Source: Escherichia phage PJNS034
Sequence record: PP391266.1
Direction: 5' to 3' (one strand)
Length of the DNA stretch: 64,000 nt
Shown here: positions 24,480 to 35,531 of the stretch, one piece after another
Numbering within the stretch: position 1 is the stretch's first letter
Layout of the letters: the number at the start of each line of letters is the position of its first letter
Program-made: the position numbers and the translations under genes
Notes under the pieces: generated by a model
The model's database searches: none
What the model saw: the letters and a program-made list of their open reading frames with translations, nothing else
What the model was told of the DNA's origin: nothing

Positions 24480-27362
24480 TTATAACGAAATTTGTACACG
24501 CAGTACACCGGCATTGTCGTAGAGTCGGATTGCATTATTAGAAATCTTCAGACCACGGTTTGCGGCAGTGTTATCTTGAATCAAGATATTACCATTTGAC
24601 TCCACCTTCATTCGGTTTGAAATATTCAAAGTACCACCTGTGATGTTAGTACCATTGATATTACCTCCATTAATGTTAGAGCCAGTGATGGTTGCACCAT
24701 TCAAGTTCTTAACATTAATCTGCTGTGCTGCAAGGTTCACAATAGCAGCAGTATCGATGTAGGCAGTCTTGATTCGGACTGTACCATTGATAATCTCAAA
24801 TGGATTGATGGAGTTCTTTGAGTCTCGGTTACGAACAATGAATCGGTCAGCATCAACCACAAATGCAGAGTTAGCACCACCGTTAATCAAGCCAAAACCA
24901 GCAGGTACACCAGCCACATTTGAACGAACAGCCCAAAGAGCTTCGTGCTTGTTGTTAGCACTAGATGCAACACTTGAGACTTGCTGTAAGGTAGTTTTAG
25001 TACCATTCAGGTCAGTCTGTAAAGTGTTTGCCTGAGAGGTAAGTGCATTCGTCTTATCAGTCAGAGTTTTTACCTCGTTCGTGATTCGAGAAGTGTTTGC
25101 ATTCACCTTAGCATCAACGGAAGATACACGAGATGCCATTGCGGTATCTTTGGCAGTCACCACCTTTTCCAGTGCGGCAATCTGAGCCTTAACAGAAGTG
25201 TTCACTGTTGACTCAAGGCTGTTCAGTCGAGAGGTTACGTTACCATCGAGAGTAGAAACAGATTTCTTCACATCGTTGATAGAACCTTCGGCTGTACCTA
25301 AACGAGTGCTCAGTCCAGATACCTGAGTAGCGGTTGCGTTGGCTTTATCTGCTGTTGCCTTAACATCAGTTGTCACTTGTGCAATAGTTTTGCTCTGTGA
25401 ATCTAAATTAAGAGCATTATTAACTCCCGCTTTAGAAGCAGAATCAACACTAGCAACAAGATTGTCAACCCGCTGTGCAAGAGAAGAAGTGGAATCAGCA
25501 ACTGTCTTCTTGAGTGCTTGTACCGATGCGTCATTGTCATTTACCGTTGATTGCATCGCTTCTACTTGCTTTGAAATAGCCAAGATAGCAGTAGAACGAG
25601 CTTCGCTTTCCGCCTGAATCTTAGATTCGTTACCGGCAACACGAGAATCCATGCTGTCTACTTTCTTAACTGCTGCATCCATTTTGGTGGTTACAGTGCT
25701 TTCCAGTTCGGTAACTTTAGCGATAGTCTCGCCAATACGAGATTCAGCCCCAGATACTTTCTCAGTCACAGCTTTCAGTGCATCAGCCTGAGTCTGAGTT
25801 TGTTCTTTGATTGCAGCCTCATTGTGGTTAGCTTTTGCCTCGACACCACTTAACTGAGTAGCCAGAGAACCCATAGCATCTGAGCGAGCTTTGCTTTCAT
25901 CAGTAATTCGAGTATTAGCTAACTGCACTTCTTTCTCAAAGCGTTCAGCCTGAGAGTTGATACGGTCTTCAATCTCTTGGAATTGAGTAGCGGTAAAGCC
26001 ATCTAAACCAGTCAATTGGTCACGATACATAGAAGTGGTAACGTTGATTTTACCATCCATTTCAGGACGACCCACATGCTCCATACCTTGACCAGCGGGG
26101 ATAGTGTCATATCCCATCAGGGCATAAGAACCACCTTCTGCAACTGAGTCGATGCCAATTTCCGTACCACCAAGAGCAATCAGAGATTCTTTCAGTTTTG
26201 GAAGGAACTCACCAGCATACTGATAAGTATAAACCATCTGTAAGTAATCACGATTGAAGGATGCTACACGGTCTTTGAAATCTTGAACCCATTTAGCATC
26301 ATCACCATCATTGAACGACCAGTTGTAAGCACCAGTACGTTCCTGAGTCTTACGATTGATAACGACTAAGTTAATACCGGGTTTTGCAGTTGACAGGACA
26401 GTTTCTTCACGCAGTTCACGTACACCAAAGAACTCAGGGGCAGCCGCTTCACGTGAGGATGAAGCCACTTCTTCGTGAGGAGCACCGGCAGTAGACATAT
26501 TATATGTCTTCATGAACTCAGTGCTGTTCATTGCCATCTCTCCAGCTTTCTTCGCCTCGACAAAGGCTTGGTTCGCTGTATCGTTGACGTTGGTGTACTT
26601 GGTTTCTAGATTATCAATCTTCTGAGCAGTTGATTCCTTGTCAGTAGTGATAGTCTGCTTCATCTGCTCAATGTCAGCTTTGTTGGTGTTGGACTGTGAC
26701 TTAACACCTTCAATCTGAGTAGCTGTAGCTTTGTCCTGTTCAGTTACAACCTGTTGGAATGCAGCCAATTGAGCCAGAACCAAATCATCACCAGCTTTCA
26801 CCTTCTCAGCGATATCAGATGATAGCGCATCCTTAATCCCCTGAAGGGCTTCCCCATCTGCACCAATGTTATCCCATTTCTCTTGAGCCTCTGTTGCTGA
26901 CTTATTCAGATTCGAAATCTGTTCAGACAGTTTGGTTTGAGACTCTTTAAGAGCTTCACGAGCTTCATTGGTTTCTTTCAGGAGTTGGTTAACGACTTCA
27001 TCCTGAGCGTGGGAGATATCTTCACGGAGAAACTCACTCAACTTCTTGGTAAGGGCATCTTCATCAGTAGAGATTGCATCAAGTTGCTTTTTAACTTCAT
27101 CAACTTGCTTTCCAATGTCACCAAGTTCTGTCCCATTCAGTTTGTTGATAGCCTCCCAAAGTTTCTTGATTTCTTCCTTGAGAGCTTCAATAGCAGCGGG
27201 GTCGCCTCCCGAAGAAGAGAGGCGCATCAGTTCATCAATAGCGATTTCGAGTTTGTCGAACTCAGCCATTACGTCTGCCACCGACTGAGTTAAGTCGTTA
27301 GCGGTAATAAAACCACGACGATATGGTAACGCTACTTCTAAACGCTTATTAGTGGCAGCCAT
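24480..27362 (-). CDS. long coiled-coil fiber/structural protein
   Basis: 960 aa, extensive Ser/Thr/Ala-rich helical repeats, Asn/Gly-rich C-terminal beta region. Confidence 0.45.
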   Translation of the reverse strand: MAATNKRLEVALPYRRGFITANDLTQSVADVMAEFDKLEIAIDELMRLSSSGGDPAAIEALKEEIKKLWEAINKLNGTELGDIGKQVDEVKKQLDAISTDEDALTKKLSEFLREDISHAQDEVVNQLLKETNEAREALKESQTKLSEQISNLNKSATEAQEKWDNIGADGEALQGIKDALSSDIAEKVKAGDDLVLAQLAAFQQVVTEQDKATATQIEGVKSQSNTNKADIEQMKQTITTDKESTAQKIDNLETKYTNVNDTANQAFVEAKKAGEMAMNSTEFMKTYNMSTAGAPHEEVASSSREAAAPEFFGVRELREETVLSTAKPGINLVVINRKTQERTGAYNWSFNDGDDAKWVQDFKDRVASFNRDYLQMVYTYQYAGEFLPKLKESLIALGGTEIGIDSVAEGGSYALMGYDTIPAGQGMEHVGRPEMDGKINVTTSMYRDQLTGLDGFTATQFQEIEDRINSQAERFEKEVQLANTRITDESKARSDAMGSLATQLSGVEAKANHNEAAIKEQTQTQADALKAVTEKVSGAESRIGETIAKVTELESTVTTKMDAAVKKVDSMDSRVAGNESKIQAESEARSTAILAISKQVEAMQSTVNDNDASVQALKKTVADSTSSLAQRVDNLVASVDSASKAGVNNALNLDSQSKTIAQVTTDVKATADKANATATQVSGLSTRLGTAEGSINDVKKSVSTLDGNVTSRLNSLESTVNTSVKAQIAALEKVVTAKDTAMASRVSSVDAKVNANTSRITNEVKTLTDKTNALTSQANTLQTDLNGTKTTLQQVSSVASSANNKHEALWAVRSNVAGVPAGFGLINGGANSAFVVDADRFIVRNRDSKNSINPFEIINGTVRIKTAYIDTAAIVNLAAQQINVKNLNGATITGSNINGGNINGTNITGGTLNISNRMKVESNGNILIQDNTAANRGLKISNNAIRLYDNAGVLRVQISL

Positions 27363-27365
27363 AAT

Positions 27366-29090
27366 TTATCGAACTCCTCCTGCGACAATATCTAAGTCGT
27401 AGCCTGTAAATGCCCAACGACCGATATTATCATCTGTGAATCGCATAGCGATGTATTTATTGTTGGTTCGGAATGAAGTTTGGTACTGCTGACCAATGGT
27501 AAACATTTGCTGTTCTTTCCAATTTGGTGCCGAGTTAGAGTCATTAACACCACCAACTTCGATACGAACTGAACCCTCACCAGTGAATTGAGGGTAGCAT
27601 TTACGAACCTTCACATTCCCCCAAGTCTGTAGGCCAACCTCGTCAAAGTCCAACTGACGACGTTCCATTCGTGCCAGAAGAGGCTTCTGAACACTTTGAT
27701 AAACATCCTGAGTAATTGGGATAATAGCACCTGAGTCGGGCTTGTTATATGCCTCTGTGAACTCGTCGTTATAGAATCGCTCACCAGTATCAATCTGGAA
27801 TACTGTACCGAACTTGCCCATAGCAACAAAGTGTTGAGATGCAAAGTTCTGAGAAGTGATTTCCCACTGTTCAAGAGGGTCAACATTTGCCCAAGAGTGT
27901 TTCGGGTCGTTAACATCCTGACCATCATAGTCTTCCCATTTACGGGTATCAACTGCCAGAGGTGCTACGAGGTTTACGTCTGTGTTATCTGGAAGGTCAT
28001 AGAAAGTCCAAGTATCGAACTCCCAATTCCATACAGCAGCACGGTTCGTAGTCCAGTCACCTTCGTTACGTAAGTCAGTACCGGGACGTGCATAACACAC
28101 CCAAATCTCTTTCTTTGGATAAATGGTGAATACACGAGTTGCCAGTGGGTTAACAGAGGTAATCTCACGCATCAATCGTTCACGAATACGACCAGCAACA
28201 ATAGACTTACGAGAAGAACCGTCATGAACGTATACGTCGTTGTTAGAGATTACGAAGTGCTTACCATCGAACTCTGCAACACATTGACGTCCAAGAATAC
28301 CGGAACCAGAGAACAGCTTGGTGAAACGGAAGATAGAGTTACCACCGATGAACTGCATCTGGAAGGTATCTTCTGTAGTGTAGATGATGAATGAGTCACG
28401 CATAGGCAGACCATCAATAATCTCACCAGTTGCATCAGTCAGGTCGTTAAAACCAGCACTGTTAGTTGTAGAGCGGTCATCCCAATCTTGTGGAAGGTCG
28501 TTTACATCGGCAATGTCACTCCAGCGAATACGCTGTGGATACTCTTTACCATCCTCGAAGGTGTTCAGAGCAATCAGGAAGTTTTTGTATGAACGCATCA
28601 GATAGGTACGCCATTCCAACTTCACCTTCTTACCATCTGCACCAGTAACCATACCCCACTCAGGTAATGGCTGGAACTTCTCTTCTGTTGGACGAATGCC
28701 TTGAGGTTCATCACCAAGGTTGTTCATTACCAAGCAGTTTGACAAGGTTGTATAGTACCAAGTCTGAGAAGGACGAGCATTGTATCCATCGAGAGTAGAA
28801 GAAGCAATAATTACATCTGTTGGAGATTTAATTTTGTAGAGATTCTTGGTTGTACCGATAATCCATGAAGAGTCTGTACGGGTATCACGAAGCCCTGCAA
28901 TTGCCAGAGTTACTTCACCATCCTTAACCTTACGCTCCATTGCACGGGAGTTACCACCAAACTTCTCAACCTTAGAACCTTCAAAGCGAACGTTCTGAGC
29001 ATCATTCCACGCATTAGGTGGAAGGTCATATGGAGGGATATCTGAGATAACTCCCACCTGACCAACATTTCGAACTTTATACGTTGGCAT
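27366..29090 (-). CDS. virion structural protein (tail/baseplate-like)
   Basis: 574 aa; RBS AAAGGA. Confidence 0.4.
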   Translation of the reverse strand: MPTYKVRNVGQVGVISDIPPYDLPPNAWNDAQNVRFEGSKVEKFGGNSRAMERKVKDGEVTLAIAGLRDTRTDSSWIIGTTKNLYKIKSPTDVIIASSTLDGYNARPSQTWYYTTLSNCLVMNNLGDEPQGIRPTEEKFQPLPEWGMVTGADGKKVKLEWRTYLMRSYKNFLIALNTFEDGKEYPQRIRWSDIADVNDLPQDWDDRSTTNSAGFNDLTDATGEIIDGLPMRDSFIIYTTEDTFQMQFIGGNSIFRFTKLFSGSGILGRQCVAEFDGKHFVISNNDVYVHDGSSRKSIVAGRIRERLMREITSVNPLATRVFTIYPKKEIWVCYARPGTDLRNEGDWTTNRAAVWNWEFDTWTFYDLPDNTDVNLVAPLAVDTRKWEDYDGQDVNDPKHSWANVDPLEQWEITSQNFASQHFVAMGKFGTVFQIDTGERFYNDEFTEAYNKPDSGAIIPITQDVYQSVQKPLLARMERRQLDFDEVGLQTWGNVKVRKCYPQFTGEGSVRIEVGGVNDSNSAPNWKEQQMFTIGQQYQTSFRTNNKYIAMRFTDDNIGRWAFTGYDLDIVAGGVR

Positions 29091-29150
29091 CTAATAAATC
29101 CTTTGGGTTTGTGTCAAGTTTTATTTTAGCACATTTGCTGTCGTTGTATA

Positions 29151-29174
29151 CAAGAAAACCCTCCGAAGAGGGTT
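29151..29174 (-). terminator. rho-independent terminator (minus strand)
   Basis: On minus strand AACCCTC-TTCG-GAGGGTT followed by TTTCTTG. Confidence 0.5.
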
Positions 29175-29180
29175 AACTTA

Positions 29181-30065
29181 TTAGGCAGTACGTTGCCAGA
29201 TGAACATCGCAAAGCCTGGGTCATATGTATCGAAACGAGCGTTACCACCAGTGTTCTGAGAACGGAAGTCGATTCGGTGTGAGTGATTACCAGCCGCAGA
29301 GGTGTTGGTATCAATATACAGGAATCGGTCGTTATCGTTATCTGAACCTTTGGAACCGAGGTTACGGTTATAGCCACCCGGAGTTGGTTCGATAAAAGGC
29401 AGTGACCATACAGTCGTGTTTGCTTCGATGTAGTAACGGTCACGGTATGGGTGGGTGTGGTTCCCAGCATCCTGGGTCTGACCTACAACTTGGTGGCTGT
29501 GAGCAGGTAAGTTACCTTCAACCAACTGAGTTTTATAGAAGCCCGGAGTCTTACCAACGTTAGGGAAGTTGATAGAATCACGACCATCTGAGTCAGAGCC
29601 TTGACCTACAATATAACGACCAGCAGCAATACGAACCCAAGTACCTACGCCAAGTAACTGAGCAGGGTTTTGGTTTACCATAGTGAAGTACACAGAGCCT
29701 ACAGGCCATGCTTGTCCACGAGCTGCTGCTGAGTTGAAGTAAGCAAGAGTTACTGCATCCTGAGGAGCAGCAGGGTTGGATACGTTCTGAAGACGGTTGC
29801 CACCACAGTTCATGGTCTTATTAGCTGCCATCGTTACAGAACCATTGATAGTCACATCACCATTCGTGTTAGTAGCTGAGAACGTCTTATCAAGGTTATT
29901 CAACTTGTCAGCACTCATTGTGACAACTTTGTTGATATTCGGGAAGGTAGTTTTCAGTACCTGCTTAATCAAACGGAGGTGGTCATCACCTTCTTTAATC
30001 AAGTCAACGTTACGCGGGAATGATGGATTGAGTTGGTCAATAGTGTTAGCTACTTCTACACTCAT
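29181..30065 (-). CDS. tail fiber protein
   Basis: 294 aa; DAVTLAYFN and G-rich beta region reminiscent of phage fiber/collar domains. Confidence 0.45.
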   Translation of the reverse strand: MSVEVANTIDQLNPSFPRNVDLIKEGDDHLRLIKQVLKTTFPNINKVVTMSADKLNNLDKTFSATNTNGDVTINGSVTMAANKTMNCGGNRLQNVSNPAAPQDAVTLAYFNSAAARGQAWPVGSVYFTMVNQNPAQLLGVGTWVRIAAGRYIVGQGSDSDGRDSINFPNVGKTPGFYKTQLVEGNLPAHSHQVVGQTQDAGNHTHPYRDRYYIEANTTVWSLPFIEPTPGGYNRNLGSKGSDNDNDRFLYIDTNTSAAGNHSHRIDFRSQNTGGNARFDTYDPGFAMFIWQRTA

Positions 30066-30310
30066 TTGCGTTTGTCCTCTTTCAGTTCTCGAAGTGCATC
30101 TTTCACTGCATCAAGAGCTTGGTTATTCAGGGCGACTTGCTTTTCCAGAGAAGCTACAACAGTAGACAAACTTGATTGCTGCTCTTGCTTCGCTTTCAGG
30201 ATTTGCACGTCAGTATAGAGAGTTAAGGCTAATCCAAGAGTAATAACAGATAGGGATGTTGCCACCCCTACCAACCACTCTTTCATAACCCCTTGTGGTT
30301 TGTTGTCCAT
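30062..30310 (-). CDS. small membrane protein
   Basis: 82 aa; TM segment WLVGVATSLSVITLGLALTLY, coiled-coil tail. Confidence 0.4.
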   Translation of the reverse strand: MDNKPQGVMKEWLVGVATSLSVITLGLALTLYTDVQILKAKQEQQSSLSTVVASLEKQVALNNQALDAVKDALRELKEDKRK

Positions 30311-30314
30311 TCGA

Positions 30315-33182
30315 TTACTTGTTCGTTTTGTCAGGTTTGATAGTCAGGTCGTACATGTCGTCGCCGACGTTCATCTGTTTCGTCAACAGATACAAGGCCA
30401 TTCCTCGGAGAATCTCACCAGACCAGAAACCGAAGAACATACCGTTGTCAGTGCCCAGACGTACTGCTGGACTCCAAGAACCATTCATGATTTGGTCAGG
30501 TACACCAGTGTTAATGAAGTTGTTTTCCAACTCAGTCACACAAGTTTCAATGAGGAAATCAAGACCTTCAACCTTACTACCAGCCAGCTTAGCGAAACAA
30601 GAACCTGCTAACCACAGACCACACATGTGACCAGTGAAGTCATTCGGGTCAGGCTTAGGAAGGCTTTCTGGTGGGAAGTCAGTTGGAGTGATACCACCAC
30701 TGTCCTTCACGAACTGTACAAGCCATTTAATCCAGTTCTCGGAATAATCTTTGAGCTTCTGAGGGATGGGCTTGCCTTGCAGCATAAGCTCATACCAAGC
30801 TCGACATGCACCCATCATAGCACGAGGTTGGTATCCAGACCAAGCAGTTCCATCACCCCAATGGTACATTGTCCACGTATCAGGTTTACCATATTTCAGG
30901 TTATCCCAACGGTTCCAGATGTAAGCACTCATGCCCGGCCCAACGACACCAAATTTCTTCGTGTATGCAACCTGAGAGTCCCACAACATGTTAACCATCT
31001 GTGTCATGTGTCCCGCCCACTCGTTTGGAGTCTGGTCAATGGTGTAGATGAATGGATACTGATATCCCGGATAAGGCATACCACGCCAACCATCGAACTG
31101 AGCAGTATCAGGAACAGAGATGTTCGAGAATGGAATAGTTCCCGGTGTGTACGCCAAGTTATTCTCTTTGAAGTCAACAATCGTACAGTCACCAACCTTA
31201 GCTACGAAGTCTTTCTGACCACTAATAGTTAAGGAGAATAGGAGAGTGTAAGTATCATTGGTAGTGAATCGACGAGGCAGTTCGTTTACAGAGTACCACT
31301 GGAAATAGCAATCCTTCTCGGTGTCCAGAATCACAGCAACAACTTGTTTCAGCTTGGTGTAATTAGGACGAGAAGGACGAGGAGGTGGAACCCAACCCGG
31401 AGGCTTGCCTTCTGGGTCTTCATTTGGCTGATACTCATTCAGAATCAAAGAAGAGCGAGGTAATGATTTATTTACCCACTTATCTTTTGTATCCTGCATC
31501 ACCCAATGCCAACGCCAACCATCATCATCGACAACACGAAGCTCGAATGAGTTGTTAGTCTTGAACGACATTGCTGTTACATCCAGCGCTTCATCATCTA
31601 GAAGCCAGAAGCCGATAATCAAGCCATCACTGAATTTAGACATATCCACTCGGTTAGTCAAGGCAGAGCGAGTATCAACAACATTGTTCTCATACACCAT
31701 GTCTGATTTGGCATCACCATAGACTACCACAGAACGAGAATCTGACAGGACGAATGATGAACCATCTGCTTTAGTTGCTTCAACCAAGCCAGAGAACGGA
31801 ATATCAAAAGTATTAACTGCACTCGTCTTTGAAACAGGGAAAGGGGCAGCCCAACGAGTTGAACCCGGAGCATCTGAATCTTTAACTGAGTTTAAGCGTA
31901 ATACAGCACGAGCCTCTAATGCACTACCATCTGATGCAACACCACCGTATTGAACACGCAGTTTGGAGTTCTGACCAGCACGGAACCAAATAGCCTGTTG
32001 CTCAATCGTAACCTGAGCACCAGTTGGCTCTTTAATTTGGATGTTGATATAACCTTCTTCATCACGAGTGTAGATGGGTTCTACTTCAGATGGGTAGGTG
32101 TAATCGTAGGAGATGCCATCAGTGAATGGGGTATTATCGTTGACTGACTTACGGAAGAATTTATCTTTGCTGTCAATCTCTGAATAAGCACGACATGTTT
32201 CAAGGGCACATTGCCAACCCATCCAATACTTATCTTCGCCAGTAACACGCCACATCAGGTAACAAGCATCCGCCCACCATAACTCAGCATCCGCAGCATT
32301 ACCAAGATAGTCAGGAGGTACAGGAACGTTCAAGGGGCGGTTGTGCCAAGGTTGGTTACGTTCGATATACTCACCACCAAACTCGATAGGTTGACGGTTA
32401 GCGAAGTTAGTTTTGTGTTCACCATTCACAGTGGTGTCTTGAAGTTTAATCAGACCTTTCTGGTCTTCAGGTAAACCTTCCTCAATTACATCACCATCCC
32501 AATTGATTTTCTTCCCTTCCCAATTGACAATCCAATCCACTGGATAAACAACACCGTCGTGATTCCAGTCAGTTGAACCATCTTCATTGATAGCCTGTAC
32601 ACTTGCGTTGATTGCATCCCAAGCAAGAGCACCATCAAATGCGAAGGTAGCTTTATCAAGGAACTGACCGAAGTATTTATCATCGTGTGGAATCTGAGTG
32701 ATACCATTATTGTAGAACATCATCTCACCCTTAAAACCTGAGTGAGTTGGAGCCTTACGGTCAATAGGCCAGTTAGCAAGGATAGGCTCCTTACCATTCA
32801 CAATCCAGTTACAAATGAACGGTTGTGGTGAGGTCGGCATCTTCTGACCCCAATAGAAGAAGTTGAAGTAAGCATCCCAACACCACTTCGCTTTCTCCAA
32901 CCAAACTTCATCACGAGTTGCAATGTACATGTACACATAACCCATCACCTGAAGAGACTGACCTTCCGTGGTCGCGTCTCCATTAGGCTGTGCTTCCATC
33001 TGTGATGCAGCAATGAAGTGACGGTTGTTTGCAAGTACGCCATCAGGGTTAAACACAAAGTGGTCTACCTGAGCGTCATTAGTCAGGCCAGTGTTACGGT
33101 CGAGAAAGTATTGGTGGCCTTTAGCCATTTGCAATACACCTGCCGTATCACTAATGTTCTCGAAGCACAGCGATTTAATCAT
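30315..33182 (-). CDS. large Trp-rich virion protein (possible carbohydrate-active tail protein)
   Basis: 955 aa, aromatic-rich; no specific motif recognised. Confidence 0.4.
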   Translation of the reverse strand: MIKSLCFENISDTAGVLQMAKGHQYFLDRNTGLTNDAQVDHFVFNPDGVLANNRHFIAASQMEAQPNGDATTEGQSLQVMGYVYMYIATRDEVWLEKAKWCWDAYFNFFYWGQKMPTSPQPFICNWIVNGKEPILANWPIDRKAPTHSGFKGEMMFYNNGITQIPHDDKYFGQFLDKATFAFDGALAWDAINASVQAINEDGSTDWNHDGVVYPVDWIVNWEGKKINWDGDVIEEGLPEDQKGLIKLQDTTVNGEHKTNFANRQPIEFGGEYIERNQPWHNRPLNVPVPPDYLGNAADAELWWADACYLMWRVTGEDKYWMGWQCALETCRAYSEIDSKDKFFRKSVNDNTPFTDGISYDYTYPSEVEPIYTRDEEGYINIQIKEPTGAQVTIEQQAIWFRAGQNSKLRVQYGGVASDGSALEARAVLRLNSVKDSDAPGSTRWAAPFPVSKTSAVNTFDIPFSGLVEATKADGSSFVLSDSRSVVVYGDAKSDMVYENNVVDTRSALTNRVDMSKFSDGLIIGFWLLDDEALDVTAMSFKTNNSFELRVVDDDGWRWHWVMQDTKDKWVNKSLPRSSLILNEYQPNEDPEGKPPGWVPPPRPSRPNYTKLKQVVAVILDTEKDCYFQWYSVNELPRRFTTNDTYTLLFSLTISGQKDFVAKVGDCTIVDFKENNLAYTPGTIPFSNISVPDTAQFDGWRGMPYPGYQYPFIYTIDQTPNEWAGHMTQMVNMLWDSQVAYTKKFGVVGPGMSAYIWNRWDNLKYGKPDTWTMYHWGDGTAWSGYQPRAMMGACRAWYELMLQGKPIPQKLKDYSENWIKWLVQFVKDSGGITPTDFPPESLPKPDPNDFTGHMCGLWLAGSCFAKLAGSKVEGLDFLIETCVTELENNFINTGVPDQIMNGSWSPAVRLGTDNGMFFGFWSGEILRGMALYLLTKQMNVGDDMYDLTIKPDKTNK

Positions 33183-33997
33183 TTAAACCAACCTCCATTG
33201 AAGAATCCTAACCAAGTTTTACCTTCGTCATAAGTCAGGAGCGTAACAACATCCTTACGTCCCATTTCCAATGATAACACAGGTTTACGGTCTTGACTCC
33301 ACTTAATCTTGCTGTCCCAATTTGGAATCTTGTTCGCACCAGTACCTTGTTCCAGAATAACAGTCAACTGACGTGCTACTGTAGGCTCTGTCTTGAACTC
33401 AGCAAAACTGACAGAGGTTTCTGCTTCCATGAGTACATGGTGAGATACAGAACCCTTAGTTGGGTCTAGTACGATGAAGTTGGATGCGTCTTCTTCCCAG
33501 AAAGAGTAAGCAGAAGCAAGGGCGTAAGACTTAATCAAAGCTAAGGTTTCATTTACTTCTTTTCGGAAGTTAGCCATCTGAACTTCAAGGGCATTCATCT
33601 CACCCTTCAGTTCTTCTGACATTTGACGAATCACAACAACTTGAGCATCAATGTAAGGCTTCTGAACATTAACAATGTCGTCGTACACTTCCATGATGTT
33701 ATCCAGAACACCGAGCTTATCAATGATTTCTTCCAGACGAGGATAGTAATCATCAATCAGCTTCATATAGTCCTGCATCTTTTCATCAATCTGACGAACC
33801 TCTTTAAGCGTATCCTCAATCAACTGAGTCTTATACAGCAGAGAAATGATATCCATAATCTCTGCTGTGTTATTCCCGAACTGACCAACGTTTGCCTCAT
33901 AACGTTCGATGATTGCACGTTGCTCAGCATCGAGAGCTTCAGCGGGCATGATTGAGTTGGGAGCATAAGATTCGACAGTACGTGAATATAAGCCCAT
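33179..33997 (-). CDS. virion protein (hypothetical)
   Basis: 272 aa ORF. Confidence 0.4.
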   Translation of the reverse strand: MGLYSRTVESYAPNSIMPAEALDAEQRAIIERYEANVGQFGNNTAEIMDIISLLYKTQLIEDTLKEVRQIDEKMQDYMKLIDDYYPRLEEIIDKLGVLDNIMEVYDDIVNVQKPYIDAQVVVIRQMSEELKGEMNALEVQMANFRKEVNETLALIKSYALASAYSFWEEDASNFIVLDPTKGSVSHHVLMEAETSVSFAEFKTEPTVARQLTVILEQGTGANKIPNWDSKIKWSQDRKPVLSLEMGRKDVVTLLTYDEGKTWLGFFNGGWFK

Positions 33998-34006
33998 CTC
34001 TAGTCC

Positions 34007-34672
34007 TTACCAGTAAACGCGAGAACGAGTCTCACTATAGAATTGAGTATTCTTCTCAACCACCTGAGGAGAACCTGACATGTCATCGTCTTCGAGTTGT
34101 TGCTTAACTTCACCCATGACGTTATCTGCACGTTGTTCCCAAATCGCAGCCTTCTCCATGTCTTCCGCGTAAACAGAACCATGACGTAACGCTGTGAACA
34201 AAAGCAGGTCAGGGGATAGAGTCAGGAGGGGAGTTACTTGGTTGTTATAGCTCAACTCTTCTGGGTCACAGAAATAGTGACAATATACTTCCAACTTCCC
34301 TTCATCACCCGGAGCACTATCCATGTCCTTGAAGAAGTGGTACTCGTTACCAACACGAGAGAAATAGAACTGCTCATGCAGAACATCATCTGATTGGTGA
34401 CGAATCAATTCTCGGTGTGAGGTATGACGACCGACACGTTTGTCGTTTGTATAAATCTCGATAAGCTGGACGAGGTTAAATGGAACCTCTGCACGACCAT
34501 TCTTAATAGTCAGTTGCACTACCGATTCATAAACAGGAAGTTTCAGAACACGATAGATTTCCTTCTCAGCGAAGTTGATGAACGTTGGGATTCGGTTGAT
34601 TGTGTCAGGGTCATCTCGGTTGAGCCAAGCCTTAACTTCTTCAACCAGTTCCGCATAGTTAGTTGCTGCCAT
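34007..34672 (-). CDS. virion protein (possible head-tail adaptor)
   Basis: 221 aa, position downstream of capsid genes. Confidence 0.35.
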   Translation of the reverse strand: MAATNYAELVEEVKAWLNRDDPDTINRIPTFINFAEKEIYRVLKLPVYESVVQLTIKNGRAEVPFNLVQLIEIYTNDKRVGRHTSHRELIRHQSDDVLHEQFYFSRVGNEYHFFKDMDSAPGDEGKLEVYCHYFCDPEELSYNNQVTPLLTLSPDLLLFTALRHGSVYAEDMEKAAIWEQRADNVMGEVKQQLEDDDMSGSPQVVEKNTQFYSETRSRVYW

Positions 34673-34718
34673 GTTTCACCTCGTTGAAATAACACTTCCC
34701 TTCTTCAACTTTTCATGC

Positions 34719-34754
34719 TATTTTAAGCTTCTAGCGTCCGAAGGGAATAATAGG
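34719..34754. promoter_or_regulatory. conserved intergenic element, copy B
   Basis: TATTTTAAGCTTCTAGCGTCCGAAGGGAATAATAGGG, 35/37 identical to copy A. Confidence 0.45.
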
Positions 34755-34929
34755 GTATGTATTACCAACCCATAGTTTTCTTCACCTTCTCCCACACTTC
34801 ATCATCGTATGGGGTCTTGGTGTTCTTCACTAACACATCAATTGATGCTTTAGCGATAGCTTGAGTCAGTTGCAAACCAAGAGCCTTCATAGCCCAAGTC
34901 AGAACGATTGGCATAATGCCTCCTACAAT

Positions 34930-35193
34930 TTAGATTTCATCCCACCAGTTTACACCCATCTCACTAAAAGGTACACCCGACATTGAGGGATTGTTGACGT
35001 ACTGTTTGTACGCTTTCAAAGCTCGCTTACGCCATTTCAGTTTGTAACCGTAACGTTGCAAGTTGTCTGCTGCATTACTCTCATCCAGTGAGAATGCGAT
35101 GATTGCTTTCACTTGGTTAAGGATATGAGGTGATGCCCAGAATTTCTGAGCTTCGGGAGTTTCAATTGGAAAGTTGAGAATGGTCTTTGCCAT
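34930..35193 (-). CDS. hypothetical protein
   Basis: 87 aa ORF. Confidence 0.35.
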   Translation of the reverse strand: MAKTILNFPIETPEAQKFWASPHILNQVKAIIAFSLDESNAADNLQRYGYKLKWRKRALKAYKQYVNNPSMSGVPFSEMGVNWWDEI

Positions 35194-35208
35194 ACAAACC
35201 TCATAAAC

Positions 35209-35247
35209 GAAAAAAGGGAGGCGGAGAGATTAACCCTCCAACCTCCC
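35209..35247 (-). terminator. rho-independent terminator (minus strand)
   Basis: On minus strand GGGAGG...CCTCCC hairpin followed by TTTTTT. Confidence 0.55.
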
Positions 35248-35295
35248 ATTCAGGTTGTTACTCCTATTAACTCCATAGAGTTATTTAAGAGCTTC

Positions 35296-35511
35296 TTAGT
35301 GTGAAACCACACACTTACTTGACTCTACCGACCCATGCAGAGGTGCGGAGGCTACGAAATGAACCGTACCTACGCGGTTGTCGATAAGAGTATCCTGTAG
35401 TGTCTCTAATGACTCGTCTCGAATAAGACTCCCATCAAGGAACCACTGGAAAGTAGAACGCTTATCTACTACTCCTGTTAGCTGCCAGTTCTCCCCTTCC
35501 GTTGCTTTCAA
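35296..35511 (-). CDS. hypothetical protein
   Basis: 71 aa ORF. Confidence 0.3.
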   Translation of the reverse strand: MKATEGENWQLTGVVDKRSTFQWFLDGSLIRDESLETLQDTLIDNRVGTVHFVASAPLHGSVESSKCVVSH

Positions 35512-35531
35512 CGTTGGAGGAAGGTCGGTTA